From an uncultured Candidatus Saccharibacteria bacterium (GTDB taxonomy: Bacteria > Patescibacteriota > Minisyncoccia > 2-02-FULL-40-12 > GWA2-44-9): a stretch of 64,000 nucleotides of DNA. Positions 47,971 through 58,047 of the stretch are shown piece after piece. The position numbers and the translations under genes were made by a program. The notes under the pieces were generated by a model, which ran no database searches, was not told where the DNA came from, and saw only the letters and a program-made list of their open reading frames with translations. The stretch covers positions 8,090 to 72,089 of the forward strand of contig CAZENF010000002.1 in NCBI GenBank assembly GCA_964513645.1, given 5' to 3'. Every line of letters starts with the position of its first letter. Position 1 is the first letter of the stretch.

Positions 47971-50900
47971 CTAATATGGCGCGACTTCACGCCACTGGGG
48001 CAGTTTCTGGCCGATATAGAGATTGTTTTGATAGGTACATGAACCAGCATTATCAGTTGCGGTCAAAGAAACAGGAAAAGAACCGTTACCCGTAAATACA
48101 ACGCTGTAAGGCCCTTGAGTCCCTGTACCGGCCGGTGTCGGTACACCGGTTCCAAAATTCCAACTCCATGTCTTTCCCGATGAACTAGGGGCAAATACGG
48201 TCGAATCGGTAAAAGTAACAGGCGAACCGGATACTGGACTTGCCGGACTATAAGTAAAGGCGGTTTGAGGAAATGCATGAACCGGAGTCGTCCAACTTGC
48301 CTGCGATGCCGGCGGATTTACGCCATTAATATATGTACTCATCTTAACCCATGGCGACCAAACTCCGCTTGAATTCTGAACTCTGCCCCAGGCGGTATAT
48401 GTCGTATTCCAGACCATCTGACATGTCGTCTGTGGGCGGGTATCGGTCGGATTTAAAGTTACATTCGTGGAATTGTTGACCGGACAATTCGAAGTACTGC
48501 TTGAAAAAGTAGAGCCGCTGGTTATCGCTACCGGCACAGTTCCAGACTCCCATTCAGGATTCATGCTTGCACTGGCAACATTCGGATCGCTGACCAAATC
48601 ATTATCAATCATTGCTTGATAATTGATAGCGTTGAGACTTCCCGGATCTGTATAGATTCCCGAGACGGTAGCATGGACACCGGCACTGCAATAATAACCA
48701 TTGTTAACAGTCACGGTCATATTTGAAACACTTGGAGTCGGCACCGCGACATTGACAGTTACCTGGTCGGTGGCAATTCCTGCCGATCCATTACATGATA
48801 AAGTGTAAGTCGTATTCGCTATCAGGTTTGCGGTCGCAAGTGAGGTATTAACTATCGGGCCGTTAATGAAGTACCACTTCTGATTTGACGGTCGCCAGAC
48901 CGCAACTTCGGCCTTGCCTTTACTGTGATAGTATCCAGGGACAGGAACATCACCCGGAATACCGAGTTTTAAATTATAAGAGGCGGTGTAATTGCTTTCC
49001 GAGGTATATATAAACCAGTCCCCGGTACTTGGACGATATACGGCCAGGTCGGCCTTGCCGTCGCCGGTATAGTCTGCAGGTACCGGAATATCGGTTGCGG
49101 TGGCTAAGGCCAAGGTATAGCTGAGGCCGGCAGTCCAATTGCTGTTTGAAGTAAGTACCCACCAGGTTGTACTGGAAGGACGCCAAACAGCCATATCCGT
49201 TTTCCCGTCTCCGGTATAGTCTGCCTGAACAGGAACATCACCGGTCGTACCCCATGCTCTTGTAAAATATGTCTTATTGTTGTCATCGGAATTTAAAACA
49301 TACCAATAACCGGTATCCGGCTGGCCTGCACCAGAACGCCAAACAGCTAAATCTGCTTTCCCGTCACCGGTATAATCGCCTGGAACTGCAAGATCAAAAG
49401 TGGGAGTAGCTCCAAGACCCCAGCTAATATAAGGAGAAGGTGGGACAAGAACTGTATACCAACTCGTATAATTACTTTCCGAGGTCAGAACATACCAAGG
49501 ACCAGAACCGCTTCGCCATTCGCCAATATCTGTTTTTCCGTCACCGGTAAAATCAGCCATAGTCGGAACATCATAATAAGGACTATAAGCCAAAGTGAAC
49601 GGTATCGGAGTAACGTCGGTAACACCGTTTGGCGGAGAATAATCTATCGTCCAGCCGGAAGTTGCACTGTTAAAAATTGCAAGGTCTGTCAAGCCATCCC
49701 CGTTAAAATCACCCGACAACGGTGAACCTATCGCAGCTTTAAGATTAAGAGTTGTCGAATCGACTATTTGCTCGGCTGATTCGGGACGGCCGCCGGCAAC
49801 GCCAAATTGAAGCGAATAGGACGCTGGCCCAGGAGAAATAGTGCAACTATCGACGCTCGAACAGTTTACTCCGGTAGTTCCGCACCATCTTAAATTAGTA
49901 GAAGTGCCGGAATTAACACTGCAAGGACCGTTTGAAAAAGCTCCTGCTCCATTCGACTGACAAGTTGCATCAGCTGTCGCAGCGTTGGCATTGATAGTTA
50001 TCGCTGTGTCTGTGGAGTTACCGCCTGGATCAACACAGGTCAGATAAAAAGTTTTGCTTGGAGTTGTTATCGGACCCGTGGAATAAGTTCCGGAAGTTTG
50101 TCCATTATATAATTTTGCACTAAGTATCATGGTTCCGGGATCATACAAAGAAGTATCCAGACCGAGCGGGTAAGTTGGCGGTACGGTGCTGGTATAAAGT
50201 AAATTTCCATTTTGATAATATTTAACGGTTCCAAACTCAACCGCCACTCGCAAAAGGTCTCCGGCTGTATACGCTGCCAAAGGTCCTGCTTTCAAACTCC
50301 CTCCTTCGAATATATACAGATTGCCATCGACGTTGGGATATATCCCGTAATCAATGTCAGTATAGCTTTGATTTGAATCGCCATTTCCAAGTCCGGCAAT
50401 TTTATATTTAGTGGTATCGCCGACCACAAACTCAACATAGCCATCCCCCGAGGATATGGTTTGAATTGAAGAAGCACCTGTATCCCAGGCAGCCACTCCA
50501 CCTGTTTTAGTTATGGAACTTGCACCCACAGTGATATTTGCTGACGGTAGAATATTTTGCCATTGAACATTTGCGGCAGTCGGAGATACAAGTCCTGTTC
50601 CGATGTGGACATTGGATAAAGTCGCTCCGATACTGTAGAAAGATGAATCGAACAACAAAGGATAGGTCGGGAGGTTGGGGCTTGTGAACAAAAGCATCCC
50701 GTTCTTAAAATATTTAACCACACCCTTCTGTATTGCAACCCTGAAAATATCGCCTGCAACATAAGTCCCGACCGCAGCCCCGCCGTTTTGGAAAGCTGCG
50801 TTCTCTATGATATAGACATGGCCGTCTCCAGCAGCATAGAGAGCATATTTCATCTCAACATAACTCGGCGTGGTATCACTCGAGCTAAACCCTCCCATTT

Positions 50901-52161
50901 TATAAGCAGTGTTCTCAACGGTAGTAAATTCGACATAGCCGTCGCCGGAAGCGATAGTCTGGGTAGATGAGGCGCCTGCATCCCAGACATTATTTGTACC
51001 TCCGGTTTTGGTCAAAGTATTCCCGGTCACCGTTAAGGCGGTTACGTTCTGCCAAGTCGCATTGGACGGCGCACTCGTTGCCAGAGCACAGTATTGGGAA
51101 TTGGGACAAGGATTAGAAGCACCTCCGCACCATCTCAAATTAGTAGAAGCTCCCGAATCAACCGTGCAAGGACCATTTGAATAAGCTCCGGCTCCATTAG
51201 ATTGGCAGGTAATATCAGCTACCGGCGCTGGAACCAAAAGATTAAAATTAGTCTGAAAATTTACCCAGCCGGAAGATAAAGTTGTTAGGCCATTATAGAG
51301 ATAACCGGAAATATCATTATCGATGACCGGGGTTGTGTAGGGCAACTGGAAACGGACGGTAAAAACCGTAGTTCTGCTGTTTCCTGAAACAGAAGTAGTA
51401 CAAGCATCGAGATGGATGTTGGCGTCGCCATAACCTGGCTGAACCGCCGCATGGCCGCCTCCGGTACAGGCCCGGTAATCCTGATAGCCGTTCCAAGCAT
51501 CTAAATAATACCAGGTCAAATATCCCCTGTATAAAGGAGCGTTCTCACCTTGAAGATTTATAAGAACATATTCATGAGTGATATTCGCGCTCCCGGTGGA
51601 ATCGGAGCCGGTAATCGTAATATTATACTGGGTCGTATTGTCGGTCGTAACCAAAGGAGAACTGATGGTAACATTGTCTACGGTTGGGGGAGGGGCGGCG
51701 TATGCGGCCTGGGCATAATAAGCTGCCTGCCCATAATAAGTCGACTGGGCGTAGTAGGATGATTGGGAATAGCCATACGTTCCTTGGGCATAAGGATATG
51801 TTGCTTCGGCATAAGGATATGTTCCTTGGGCATAAGGATATGTTGCTTCGGCATAAGGATATGCTGCTTCGGCATAAGTTATAATACAAGATTCAAAAGG
51901 CCCGCAAGCATAAGCAGGGGCCGCACATCCGCCGCACGAATAAGTCGTCCCATAACAAGGGTCGTCGTTTCTTGTAGCACAAGAAGTACACACGTCAGAA
52001 CTATAAACCGGGTTGTCTCCGCAAGGAGGATCGTTATTACCATGACATGTGTATCTTAAAAGACACACCATTGACGAAGCGTCTTTAACGCTTAAAGACA
52101 AGCTCAGAAATATAACAGCCACAGGAACTAAGACCAAAAAAACAGCATACCGATGTTTCAT
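47971..52161 (-). CDS. Giant secreted protein of 1396 aa with a Cys-rich N-domain, Tyr-rich tandem repeats, a duplicated module and six FG-GAP/VCBS-like repeats
   Basis: N-terminal transmembrane/signal segment. A Cys-rich block DDPCYGTTYSCGGCAAPAYACGPFESC. YPYAEAT x5 and YYAQ-type repeats. A CQSNGAGAxSNGPCxVxSGxSTNLRWCG module occurs twice. Repeats DFNGDGLTDLAIF, DFTGDGKTDIGEWR, DYTGDGKADLAVWR, DYTGDGKTDMAVWRP and DYTGDGKADLAVYRP follow. Confidence 0.7.
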   Translation of the reverse strand: MKHRYAVFLVLVPVAVIFLSLSLSVKDASSMVCLLRYTCHGNNDPPCGDNPVYSSDVCTSCATRNDDPCYGTTYSCGGCAAPAYACGPFESCIITYAEAAYPYAEATYPYAQGTYPYAEATYPYAQGTYGYSQSSYYAQSTYYGQAAYYAQAAYAAPPPTVDNVTISSPLVTTDNTTQYNITITGSDSTGSANITHEYVLINLQGENAPLYRGYLTWYYLDAWNGYQDYRACTGGGHAAVQPGYGDANIHLDACTTSVSGNSRTTVFTVRFQLPYTTPVIDNDISGYLYNGLTTLSSGWVNFQTNFNLLVPAPVADITCQSNGAGAYSNGPCTVDSGASTNLRWCGGASNPCPNSQYCALATSAPSNATWQNVTALTVTGNTLTKTGGTNNVWDAGASSTQTIASGDGYVEFTTVENTAYKMGGFSSSDTTPSYVEMKYALYAAGDGHVYIIENAAFQNGGAAVGTYVAGDIFRVAIQKGVVKYFKNGMLLFTSPNLPTYPLLFDSSFYSIGATLSNVHIGTGLVSPTAANVQWQNILPSANITVGASSITKTGGVAAWDTGASSIQTISSGDGYVEFVVGDTTKYKIAGLGNGDSNQSYTDIDYGIYPNVDGNLYIFEGGSLKAGPLAAYTAGDLLRVAVEFGTVKYYQNGNLLYTSTVPPTYPLGLDTSLYDPGTMILSAKLYNGQTSGTYSTGPITTPSKTFYLTCVDPGGNSTDTAITINANAATADATCQSNGAGAFSNGPCSVNSGTSTNLRWCGTTGVNCSSVDSCTISPGPASYSLQFGVAGGRPESAEQIVDSTTLNLKAAIGSPLSGDFNGDGLTDLAIFNSATSGWTIDYSPPNGVTDVTPIPFTLAYSPYYDVPTMADFTGDGKTDIGEWRSGSGPWYVLTSESNYTSWYTVLVPPSPYISWGLGATPTFDLAVPGDYTGDGKADLAVWRSGAGQPDTGYWYVLNSDDNNKTYFTRAWGTTGDVPVQADYTGDGKTDMAVWRPSSTTWWVLTSNSNWTAGLSYTLALATATDIPVPADYTGDGKADLAVYRPSTGDWFIYTSESNYTASYNLKLGIPGDVPVPGYYHSKGKAEVAVWRPSNQKWYFINGPIVNTSLATANLIANTTYTLSCNGSAGIATDQVTVNVAVPTPSVSNMTVTVNNGYYCSAGVHATVSGIYTDPGSLNAINYQAMIDNDLVSDPNVASASMNPEWESGTVPVAITSGSTFSSSTSNCPVNNSTNVTLNPTDTRPQTTCQMVWNTTYTAWGRVQNSSGVWSPWVKMSTYINGVNPPASQASWTTPVHAFPQTAFTYSPASPVSGSPVTFTDSTVFAPSSSGKTWSWNFGTGVPTPAGTGTQGPYSVVFTGNGSFPVSLTATDNAGSCTYQNNLYIGQKLPQWREVAPY

Positions 52162-52682
52162 TGAATTGAGACTAATAATATTTTTACTTTAATATTGTCT
52201 TTTGTTGTCTGCTCCATCTCTATTCTACCCTGGTAAATTACGCCTTGAATTTCTATGATGGCAGATCTTTCATCCCTGATGCCGCCCAACAATTTCCAGT
52301 CGTTGGAGTAAAGCACTTTAAAATAATCGAAATACGGTTGAGGAAGATTGCTTTTGATATCGAAATTAAATTCGTATCCATTTTTACCATTTTCGTATTG
52401 TACTTCTCTGGCTTGAAAGTTAGTGGCATTATTTGGTTTTAAAAAATTAAGTTCTGTCTGGAACGTGGCCGCACTTTTTTCTGACGCAATCGGAGGAATA
52501 ACAAGCTTTCCTGCATAACCGGAAATATTGAGTGATAAATTAGTATCCGGACTGGGAGCAGGTGTAGCCGAATTTACCAATAAATGACTGTCTTGTTTCT
52601 GGGTCTCGTACTTTGAGATCATAAAAAAAACCGAGGCCGCCAAAATCATCAAACCGAATATAATACCTTTTTTATCATTCAT
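52158..52682 (-). CDS. N-terminally membrane-anchored partner protein of 174 aa, paralogue of 54749..55279
   Basis: It overlaps the upstream giant gene by 4 nt. Its KPNNATNFQAREVQYENGKNGYEFNF compares with KINGATNLRISKVNYINGKQGYTDSF in the 176-aa paralogue. Confidence 0.5.
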   Translation of the reverse strand: MNDKKGIIFGLMILAASVFFMISKYETQKQDSHLLVNSATPAPSPDTNLSLNISGYAGKLVIPPIASEKSAATFQTELNFLKPNNATNFQAREVQYENGKNGYEFNFDIKSNLPQPYFDYFKVLYSNDWKLLGGIRDERSAIIEIQGVIYQGRIEMEQTTKDNIKVKILLVSIQ

Positions 52683-52732
52683 ATTTTAATAAAATGTAAA
52701 TTCTCTAAACTATATATATTATAACGCACCCC

Positions 52733-52781
52733 TAAAAATAAAAAAGCCGGTTTAGCAACCTTCTGATCGCTAAACCGGCTT
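52733..52781 (-). terminator. Rho-independent terminator with a 13-bp stem
   Basis: aagccggtttagc...gctaaaccggctt, followed by a T-run on the minus strand. Confidence 0.65.
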
Positions 52782-52796
52782 GAAATTTGAGGTGCA

Positions 52797-53276
52797 TTAT
52801 TTGAGCACCCCGTAGAACTTGATCCAGCCGCTGACACTTACTTCTTTGTTTGACCTAAAACCTACAAACTTATTGCCATCCAGTCCGTTAACTTCCAACT
52901 CGATACTTTTGGGATCGACTTCCATGTTTGAGTTCCGTACAACAATAACCCAGCACTTGTAACCACTGTGAATGTCGTTCCAAGACAAATCACAATGATC
53001 GGATCCTGGCCTGTTCTCCATAATAGCAATCTCGGTGTAAGCATCCGGTGGCCCTGGCACAGATCCAACCTCGGCCTTAAGGACCCCTTTCCCGAAATCA
53101 TTCAGGTCCACTTCGTAGCCACCCCACGGACCCGGCCAGTTAGTTCCAAAGATCTGCCGGAGCTGATATTCGGACGGCGTGTTATGAGCACTTGGAGCTA
53201 CGGGATTGAGGGATCCCCGATCGCAACCAGCAATCAATGGGACCACTAAAACCAGGGCCACGGAAAATAACTTCAT
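52797..53276 (-). CDS. Hypothetical lipoprotein
   Basis: A signal peptide with the lipobox LIAGC. Confidence 0.5.
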   Translation of the reverse strand: MKLFSVALVLVVPLIAGCDRGSLNPVAPSAHNTPSEYQLRQIFGTNWPGPWGGYEVDLNDFGKGVLKAEVGSVPGPPDAYTEIAIMENRPGSDHCDLSWNDIHSGYKCWVIVVRNSNMEVDPKSIELEVNGLDGNKFVGFRSNKEVSVSGWIKFYGVLK

Positions 53277-53411
53277 TACATCCTCCTAATTTCAGACTTT
53301 TTTAAGGATATCTTGTAAATGACCTATATGGATGAATTATACCACAAATTACCCAAAAAAGCAACGAGTTCTCCGGTTCCTGCCAAAGACACGATAAAAC
53401 GTATTTAATCC

Positions 53412-54752
53412 TCAAGGTATCGGCGGCCTCTGGCCTCTAAGAATGGAGTCGACGAGGTAGACGAAACCTTTGCCGATAAGGACGATTATAAACCCGATAA
53501 GAGCCCAGAAGAGGATATTCTTGGCCTTTTGGATCTCACCAGGGTTACCTCTCGAAAAGACGAACCTTATGCCGGCGTATAGGATAAGGATGACTATTAA
53601 TGAACCTGCGATGTTTAATATCCAATTGGAGATGAGGGTTATTAGTCCAAAGATATCATAAGGCTGGCCGTAGAGAGGATTTACTATCCTCCAGGGGATG
53701 CTGACGGGTTGGCCGGGGTTGATAGGGCCCGGACCATTATTACAAGCACTGCTACCTGTCTGGCAAATGGTAACATTGGCGGACTGGGTTATGGTATAGT
53801 CGGGCCACAAAGCCCCCCCGTCACATTCTATCTTTGCGTAGTAATATTTAGTCCCGGTCGATTGGGGAGGATAAAAAGTAAAATTAGCACTTTCGTTTAA
53901 GTTCACTAATTGTTGAGTATTATCGAAATTAGCTACCCGCCGATAAATGAGAGGAACACCATTATCGTCAAAAATTGACCACAAAACATCTGTTGGCGGA
54001 TTACCAAAGGTGCTGTTGCACTTACCCCAGTCTATCAGTAAGGCCGGATAGACGTTTATACCGACTGTGGCATTTAGATTATCTCCGGAATTAGCTTGTT
54101 TTGGTTGAATATCAAATGTGACATCGACTCCAGGAATGGCTTGTGGGTTGGGAGTTGAGGTGGGGGGAATAGGCGTTGGGGTGGTATATGTTGCTTGAGC
54201 ATAATAGGCTGATTGGGCATAGTAGGATGATTGAGAATAGCCCGGGCCATATGATGCTTGGGCATAGTAGGCAGCTTGGGCATAGTAGGCAGCTTGGGCA
54301 TAGTAGGCAGCTTGGGCATAGTAAGTCGATTGACCGTAGTATGCGGACTGGCCATAATAGGATGACTGACCGTAGTATGTTGATTGGGCATAGTAAGATG
54401 CCTGACTATAGTAAGACGCTTGAGCATAGTAGCTTGACTCTGAATAATACGCCGCCTCTGAATACGCGGCAACGCAACTATAAAAAGGTCCACAGGATCT
54501 TCCGGCTGAACATCCACCGCAGGTATAGGTTGCACCGCCACAGGGATCATCTGTTCTTTGAACGCATGTCCCGCTGCAAGCTGACATGACCGGACAATCA
54601 CCACAAAAACCGGTTCCAGGCCCGCAGTTAGGAGAACATTGGTAGCCAGTAATGCAGGAGGTCTGGGCAGAAACATACCCGCTAAAATACAAAAACGCCA
54701 GGATTACCAAGATAAAGGTTAAGATCGTTGTGAAAAGATATTTTTGTCTCAT
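53412..54752 (-). CDS. Secreted Cys-rich / Tyr-repeat protein with a C-terminal two-helix hairpin resembling VirB2/TrbC-type pilins
   Basis: The N-terminal domain is paralogous to the 1396-aa protein (DDPCGGATYTCGGCSAGRSCGPFYSC). It carries (S/A)YYAQ x~14 repeats. The C-terminus GLITLISNWILNIAGSLIVILILYAGIRFVFSRGNPGEIQKAKNILFWALIGFIIVLIG has two transmembrane helices separated by a short charged loop. Confidence 0.55.
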   Translation of the reverse strand: MRQKYLFTTILTFILVILAFLYFSGYVSAQTSCITGYQCSPNCGPGTGFCGDCPVMSACSGTCVQRTDDPCGGATYTCGGCSAGRSCGPFYSCVAAYSEAAYYSESSYYAQASYYSQASYYAQSTYYGQSSYYGQSAYYGQSTYYAQAAYYAQAAYYAQAAYYAQASYGPGYSQSSYYAQSAYYAQATYTTPTPIPPTSTPNPQAIPGVDVTFDIQPKQANSGDNLNATVGINVYPALLIDWGKCNSTFGNPPTDVLWSIFDDNGVPLIYRRVANFDNTQQLVNLNESANFTFYPPQSTGTKYYYAKIECDGGALWPDYTITQSANVTICQTGSSACNNGPGPINPGQPVSIPWRIVNPLYGQPYDIFGLITLISNWILNIAGSLIVILILYAGIRFVFSRGNPGEIQKAKNILFWALIGFIIVLIGKGFVYLVDSILRGQRPPIP

Positions 54753-55279
54753 GGAAGGGTCACAATATATATATCGATATCAACCTTGCCGTTTCCTTTG
54801 GGATAAAATACGATCCGGCTTTGATAATTAAAAGTTTTTAGATCGATAACGGACAAAGCGTTGTTGTGGGCCGCATACACAACCTGCCAATCCTGATTAG
54901 AATTAAATTTTAAAGAATATTCGGAAAAGACATTTTCCATTGACCGGCCTACTTCAAAAGAATCAGTATAACCTTGTTTACCATTGATATAATTAACTTT
55001 GCTAATGCGGAGATTCGTTGCACCGTTAATTTTAAAAATATTAAAAACTGGGGGTAATGAATTTACTCCTGTTCGAGAAGCGACTCTCGGAAAGTCTATA
55101 TTGTCACCGAGTACGGAATTTCTCACACCGGAAACGGAGGGCAACGGTGATTTAGGCCCAATTTTGTCGGAATTCGTTTGGGTCCTACTCTTGATTATAA
55201 TGAGATACGAGGACCCTAAAGCCATGATTATAATAAACGTGCTTATTATAATAGTTTTCTTGGAGGCCATACTATTCAA
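54749..55279 (-). CDS. Membrane-anchored partner protein of 176 aa, paralogue of 52158..52682
   Basis: A 4-nt overlap with the upstream gene, an N-terminal transmembrane segment, and colinear similarity to the 174-aa protein. Confidence 0.5.
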   Translation of the reverse strand: MNSMASKKTIIISTFIIIMALGSSYLIIIKSRTQTNSDKIGPKSPLPSVSGVRNSVLGDNIDFPRVASRTGVNSLPPVFNIFKINGATNLRISKVNYINGKQGYTDSFEVGRSMENVFSEYSLKFNSNQDWQVVYAAHNNALSVIDLKTFNYQSRIVFYPKGNGKVDIDIYIVTLP

Positions 55280-55328
55280 TTTTATCTAAATTTTGACAAG
55301 CAAACAAGTACAAAGTCAACAATGAGTT

Positions 55329-56528
55329 CTACTTAAAACATTTTGTTTTCCAGGGTTCGGGTAAGGCGTTGCACATATTGATGAAATCCGAAGAGCCCTG
55401 ATGAAAATTATATTTTGAATAGAAAAGGAGTTCATTGTAACAAGTGTCCCCCACTCCGAACTCCTCGGCTGCCCGGCAAAAGGCAACCGATTTATCTATA
55501 AGCCGGTAGTCCGTTTCTATGAACCTGGAGGCCGAATCGGCAAAACATTGGCCTTTGATATTCTGGGGTAAAGCCCGACATAGAGTTTCAATTGTCGGCT
55601 GGTCAAAATTCACCTGAACCGGTATCACAAAGAACATTGCACTCAAACATCTGTTCTTTAAATTTTGGTCCCGGGTAAAGGAACAAAATTTGACCAGGCC
55701 GTCCGGAGTTAATATCTGACTACGTGATAGCGGCCAGGATTCATTGTGGCATGAGGCCGCAGGAATACTTGAGAACTTGTCGCACAACTTAAAAGCCGCC
55801 GCCGGTGTGTGGGGAGCGATATTTTTCACCAAAGCAAAATCTTCATCTTCAAGCGGTTGGAATATTTGCATAAAATTCCCGTCGTAACATACCTGAAGAA
55901 AATTGCGTCCGTCCGGTTTAACCGCGACTTTCTGGCAAAGGTCATTGGACTTTTTAGCATCCGCTTCGGTAATATACATCAGAAGATGTCCCAATGCATG
56001 GTAACAACTGGCCTGCTCCATTCCGGTCGGATGCCAATTCTGTCTTTCTTCACAGACCCCCTGAAGTTGGGGCAAAATGCTGTTTATTTGACTGTCATCA
56101 AGCGCCTCCGTCCTGAATCTCTCCTGAAAAGCCCCGTGGATACAGCCATTAGAACAGAGCCCGCTCGGACACTCGGTCACAACATCCGCCCATTTCGAAG
56201 GATCTTTTTTTGTTTCCCGCGCACTTAAGTTATGACCCAGAACATGACAGAACACATAACTTTTGTCCTCGTCCTGAACAAGTCTGGTAACCTGAAAAGC
56301 ATCTTGCATTGAAATATAGTCCATCAGTTTCGGTATCTCGGTGTCATAGCAGGTCGGTTTATAAGATTCTTTGGAACACTTAACCACGATCTGGTCGGCA
56401 TATTCCTGAAGGGTTTTGACAGATCCGGTTTTAGAGATCTTAAAAAAATAAATACCGTAAGCCGAGGCCGCTCCGACAAGGATTATAAATAGAGAAAGGT
56501 AAAAAGTTTTGGATGAAAAAAGTTTCAT
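55329..56528 (-). CDS. Secreted Cys/His-rich protein, paralogue family member 1
   Basis: An N-terminal transmembrane segment, FCHVLGHNL and CYHALGHLL motifs, and about 22 Cys. Confidence 0.5.
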   Translation of the reverse strand: MKLFSSKTFYLSLFIILVGAASAYGIYFFKISKTGSVKTLQEYADQIVVKCSKESYKPTCYDTEIPKLMDYISMQDAFQVTRLVQDEDKSYVFCHVLGHNLSARETKKDPSKWADVVTECPSGLCSNGCIHGAFQERFRTEALDDSQINSILPQLQGVCEERQNWHPTGMEQASCYHALGHLLMYITEADAKKSNDLCQKVAVKPDGRNFLQVCYDGNFMQIFQPLEDEDFALVKNIAPHTPAAAFKLCDKFSSIPAASCHNESWPLSRSQILTPDGLVKFCSFTRDQNLKNRCLSAMFFVIPVQVNFDQPTIETLCRALPQNIKGQCFADSASRFIETDYRLIDKSVAFCRAAEEFGVGDTCYNELLFYSKYNFHQGSSDFINMCNALPEPWKTKCFK

Positions 56529-56532
56529 AAAT

Positions 56533-58032
56533 TTATTGACCGGAACAGAATTTTTGATAATCTTTGTCGACCGATGAACAGATCTCGGTCCTCTTTTGAG
56601 AATTGTACCAAATGCTCAACCTCGTCAAAATATATCTGTAACACTCGTTTCGTTCATCGTCCTTAAGTTCGGGCCGTTTACAAAATGCCAAACCCTTAAC
56701 ATATTCTTTGCCAGGTTCTCCGTATTTCATGTGTCCGCCGGCCAATCCTTCTACACACGGCAGTCTTAGGTCACCAGAAACAGAGTGGCATAAATTTATT
56801 CCATCCAAAATATCAAAATCCTGGCTACGAGTATGCAATCTTATGTATTCATGGAACAAACTTACCGCGGTCATTTCCTTAACCGTGTAGCCGAAGAGCT
56901 CGAGATTTTCCTTATCACCATCAGAAGGAATTGTTTCGATCTTTTTTACTTCTTCTTTAAAATTCTCACGATAAAGAATTTCAATTGCCGGAAGCATATT
57001 GGTATAGCAAGCTTCCTTGTTGTTTATCGGCTGGGTTTTACAGAAAGAAAAAGGGTCTTTAGCCAACTCATCTAATTGATATTTATCATTGTGAGACAGG
57101 ATCTCAATAGAGTTATAGGCCCCGGAAATGCAGCGGTACCTTTCCATCGGATTGCTTGCCACGCCATCACATATCTTCAATCCGGGTTTGATCATTTTTT
57201 CAGGGTCTCCCCAGGCCTCGGTATCGTCGCCATCCACTGTCCCGTGGCCTATTCCATGAAAACACGCTCCCCCGGCATCGGAGGTTTGTCCGCTTAGTTG
57301 TTTTTGGGCATAATCACAAAATTCTTTGGCCTTGGACGGGTCTCCGGTTTTTTTCAAAAGCGCTTCCATAAAACCATGATAAAAACCATAAGCGCAGTAT
57401 GATGTCTTGGGGCTTAATTTGATATCTTGATGTTGAGAAAATCTTTCATAAGCCGCCTGACCGAGACGATGAACAAAACCGTGGCAGTTGGCGGCAAAAT
57501 ACGGGTCAGACTCGTAAAGCTGGGCTAATTGCTGGAAAGCAACGTCAAGACCTTTGGTTTCGAGGGTGTTGTCCAAGGAATCTTCCCAGCATTGGATCTT
57601 GTCGTTTTGTTGAGGATCATTGCAGTTAATTTTTACGGCCGAACCGTTACGGTCGAGAACATTTATCACTCCTCTTGAAGAAGGATCTAAGTGGTTATGA
57701 AATTTCCAGCTGCCGATCCTATCAAATTTAAAACTCCATGATTTATCGGGGTCTACCGGGTGCTTCGGGTCAAATTCAGGATAAATGTCGTGTGTCGGAT
57801 GCGGATCGGAAGCAGGCCAGAATGCTTGGTCTAATTGGGTCGTAAAGATTACAGTATCTCCCTGGTTGATGGTCAATGTTGAAGGGAAAAAACCGTCTTT
57901 GGTCATAGAAACGGTATAATTTTTGGAATTAGCAGGAAAATATTTATAAAAAAATCCAAAAACATAAATGAGAGTTAAGAAAAGAACCAAGACGATTATT
58001 TTAAGCTTCGTGTTTTGTAAAATTTTTATCAA
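56533..58032 (-). CDS. Secreted protein with a cupredoxin-like N-domain plus a Cys/His-rich domain, paralogue family member 2
   Basis: N-terminal transmembrane segment. TINQGDTVIFTT...WPASDPHPTHDIYPEF...SWSFKF..GSWKFHNHLDP is a cupredoxin/EfeO-like beta-sandwich pattern. It also carries CHGFVHRLG and CFHGIGHG. Confidence 0.5.
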   Translation of the reverse strand: MIKILQNTKLKIIVLVLFLTLIYVFGFFYKYFPANSKNYTVSMTKDGFFPSTLTINQGDTVIFTTQLDQAFWPASDPHPTHDIYPEFDPKHPVDPDKSWSFKFDRIGSWKFHNHLDPSSRGVINVLDRNGSAVKINCNDPQQNDKIQCWEDSLDNTLETKGLDVAFQQLAQLYESDPYFAANCHGFVHRLGQAAYERFSQHQDIKLSPKTSYCAYGFYHGFMEALLKKTGDPSKAKEFCDYAQKQLSGQTSDAGGACFHGIGHGTVDGDDTEAWGDPEKMIKPGLKICDGVASNPMERYRCISGAYNSIEILSHNDKYQLDELAKDPFSFCKTQPINNKEACYTNMLPAIEILYRENFKEEVKKIETIPSDGDKENLELFGYTVKEMTAVSLFHEYIRLHTRSQDFDILDGINLCHSVSGDLRLPCVEGLAGGHMKYGEPGKEYVKGLAFCKRPELKDDERNECYRYILTRLSIWYNSQKRTEICSSVDKDYQKFCSGQ

Positions 58033-58047
58033 AGATGTGATGATTTT

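Noticed and set aside
51623-52059. Track ORFs 51623..51889(-), 51678..51875(-), 51684..51884(+) and 51763..52059(+), plus 54074..54676(-) and 54176..54589(+)
   Set aside because: These are artefacts of the in-frame tandem codon repeats (YPYAEAT / YYAQ) inside the large surface-protein genes. Their translations are repeats of the same short peptide in other frames.
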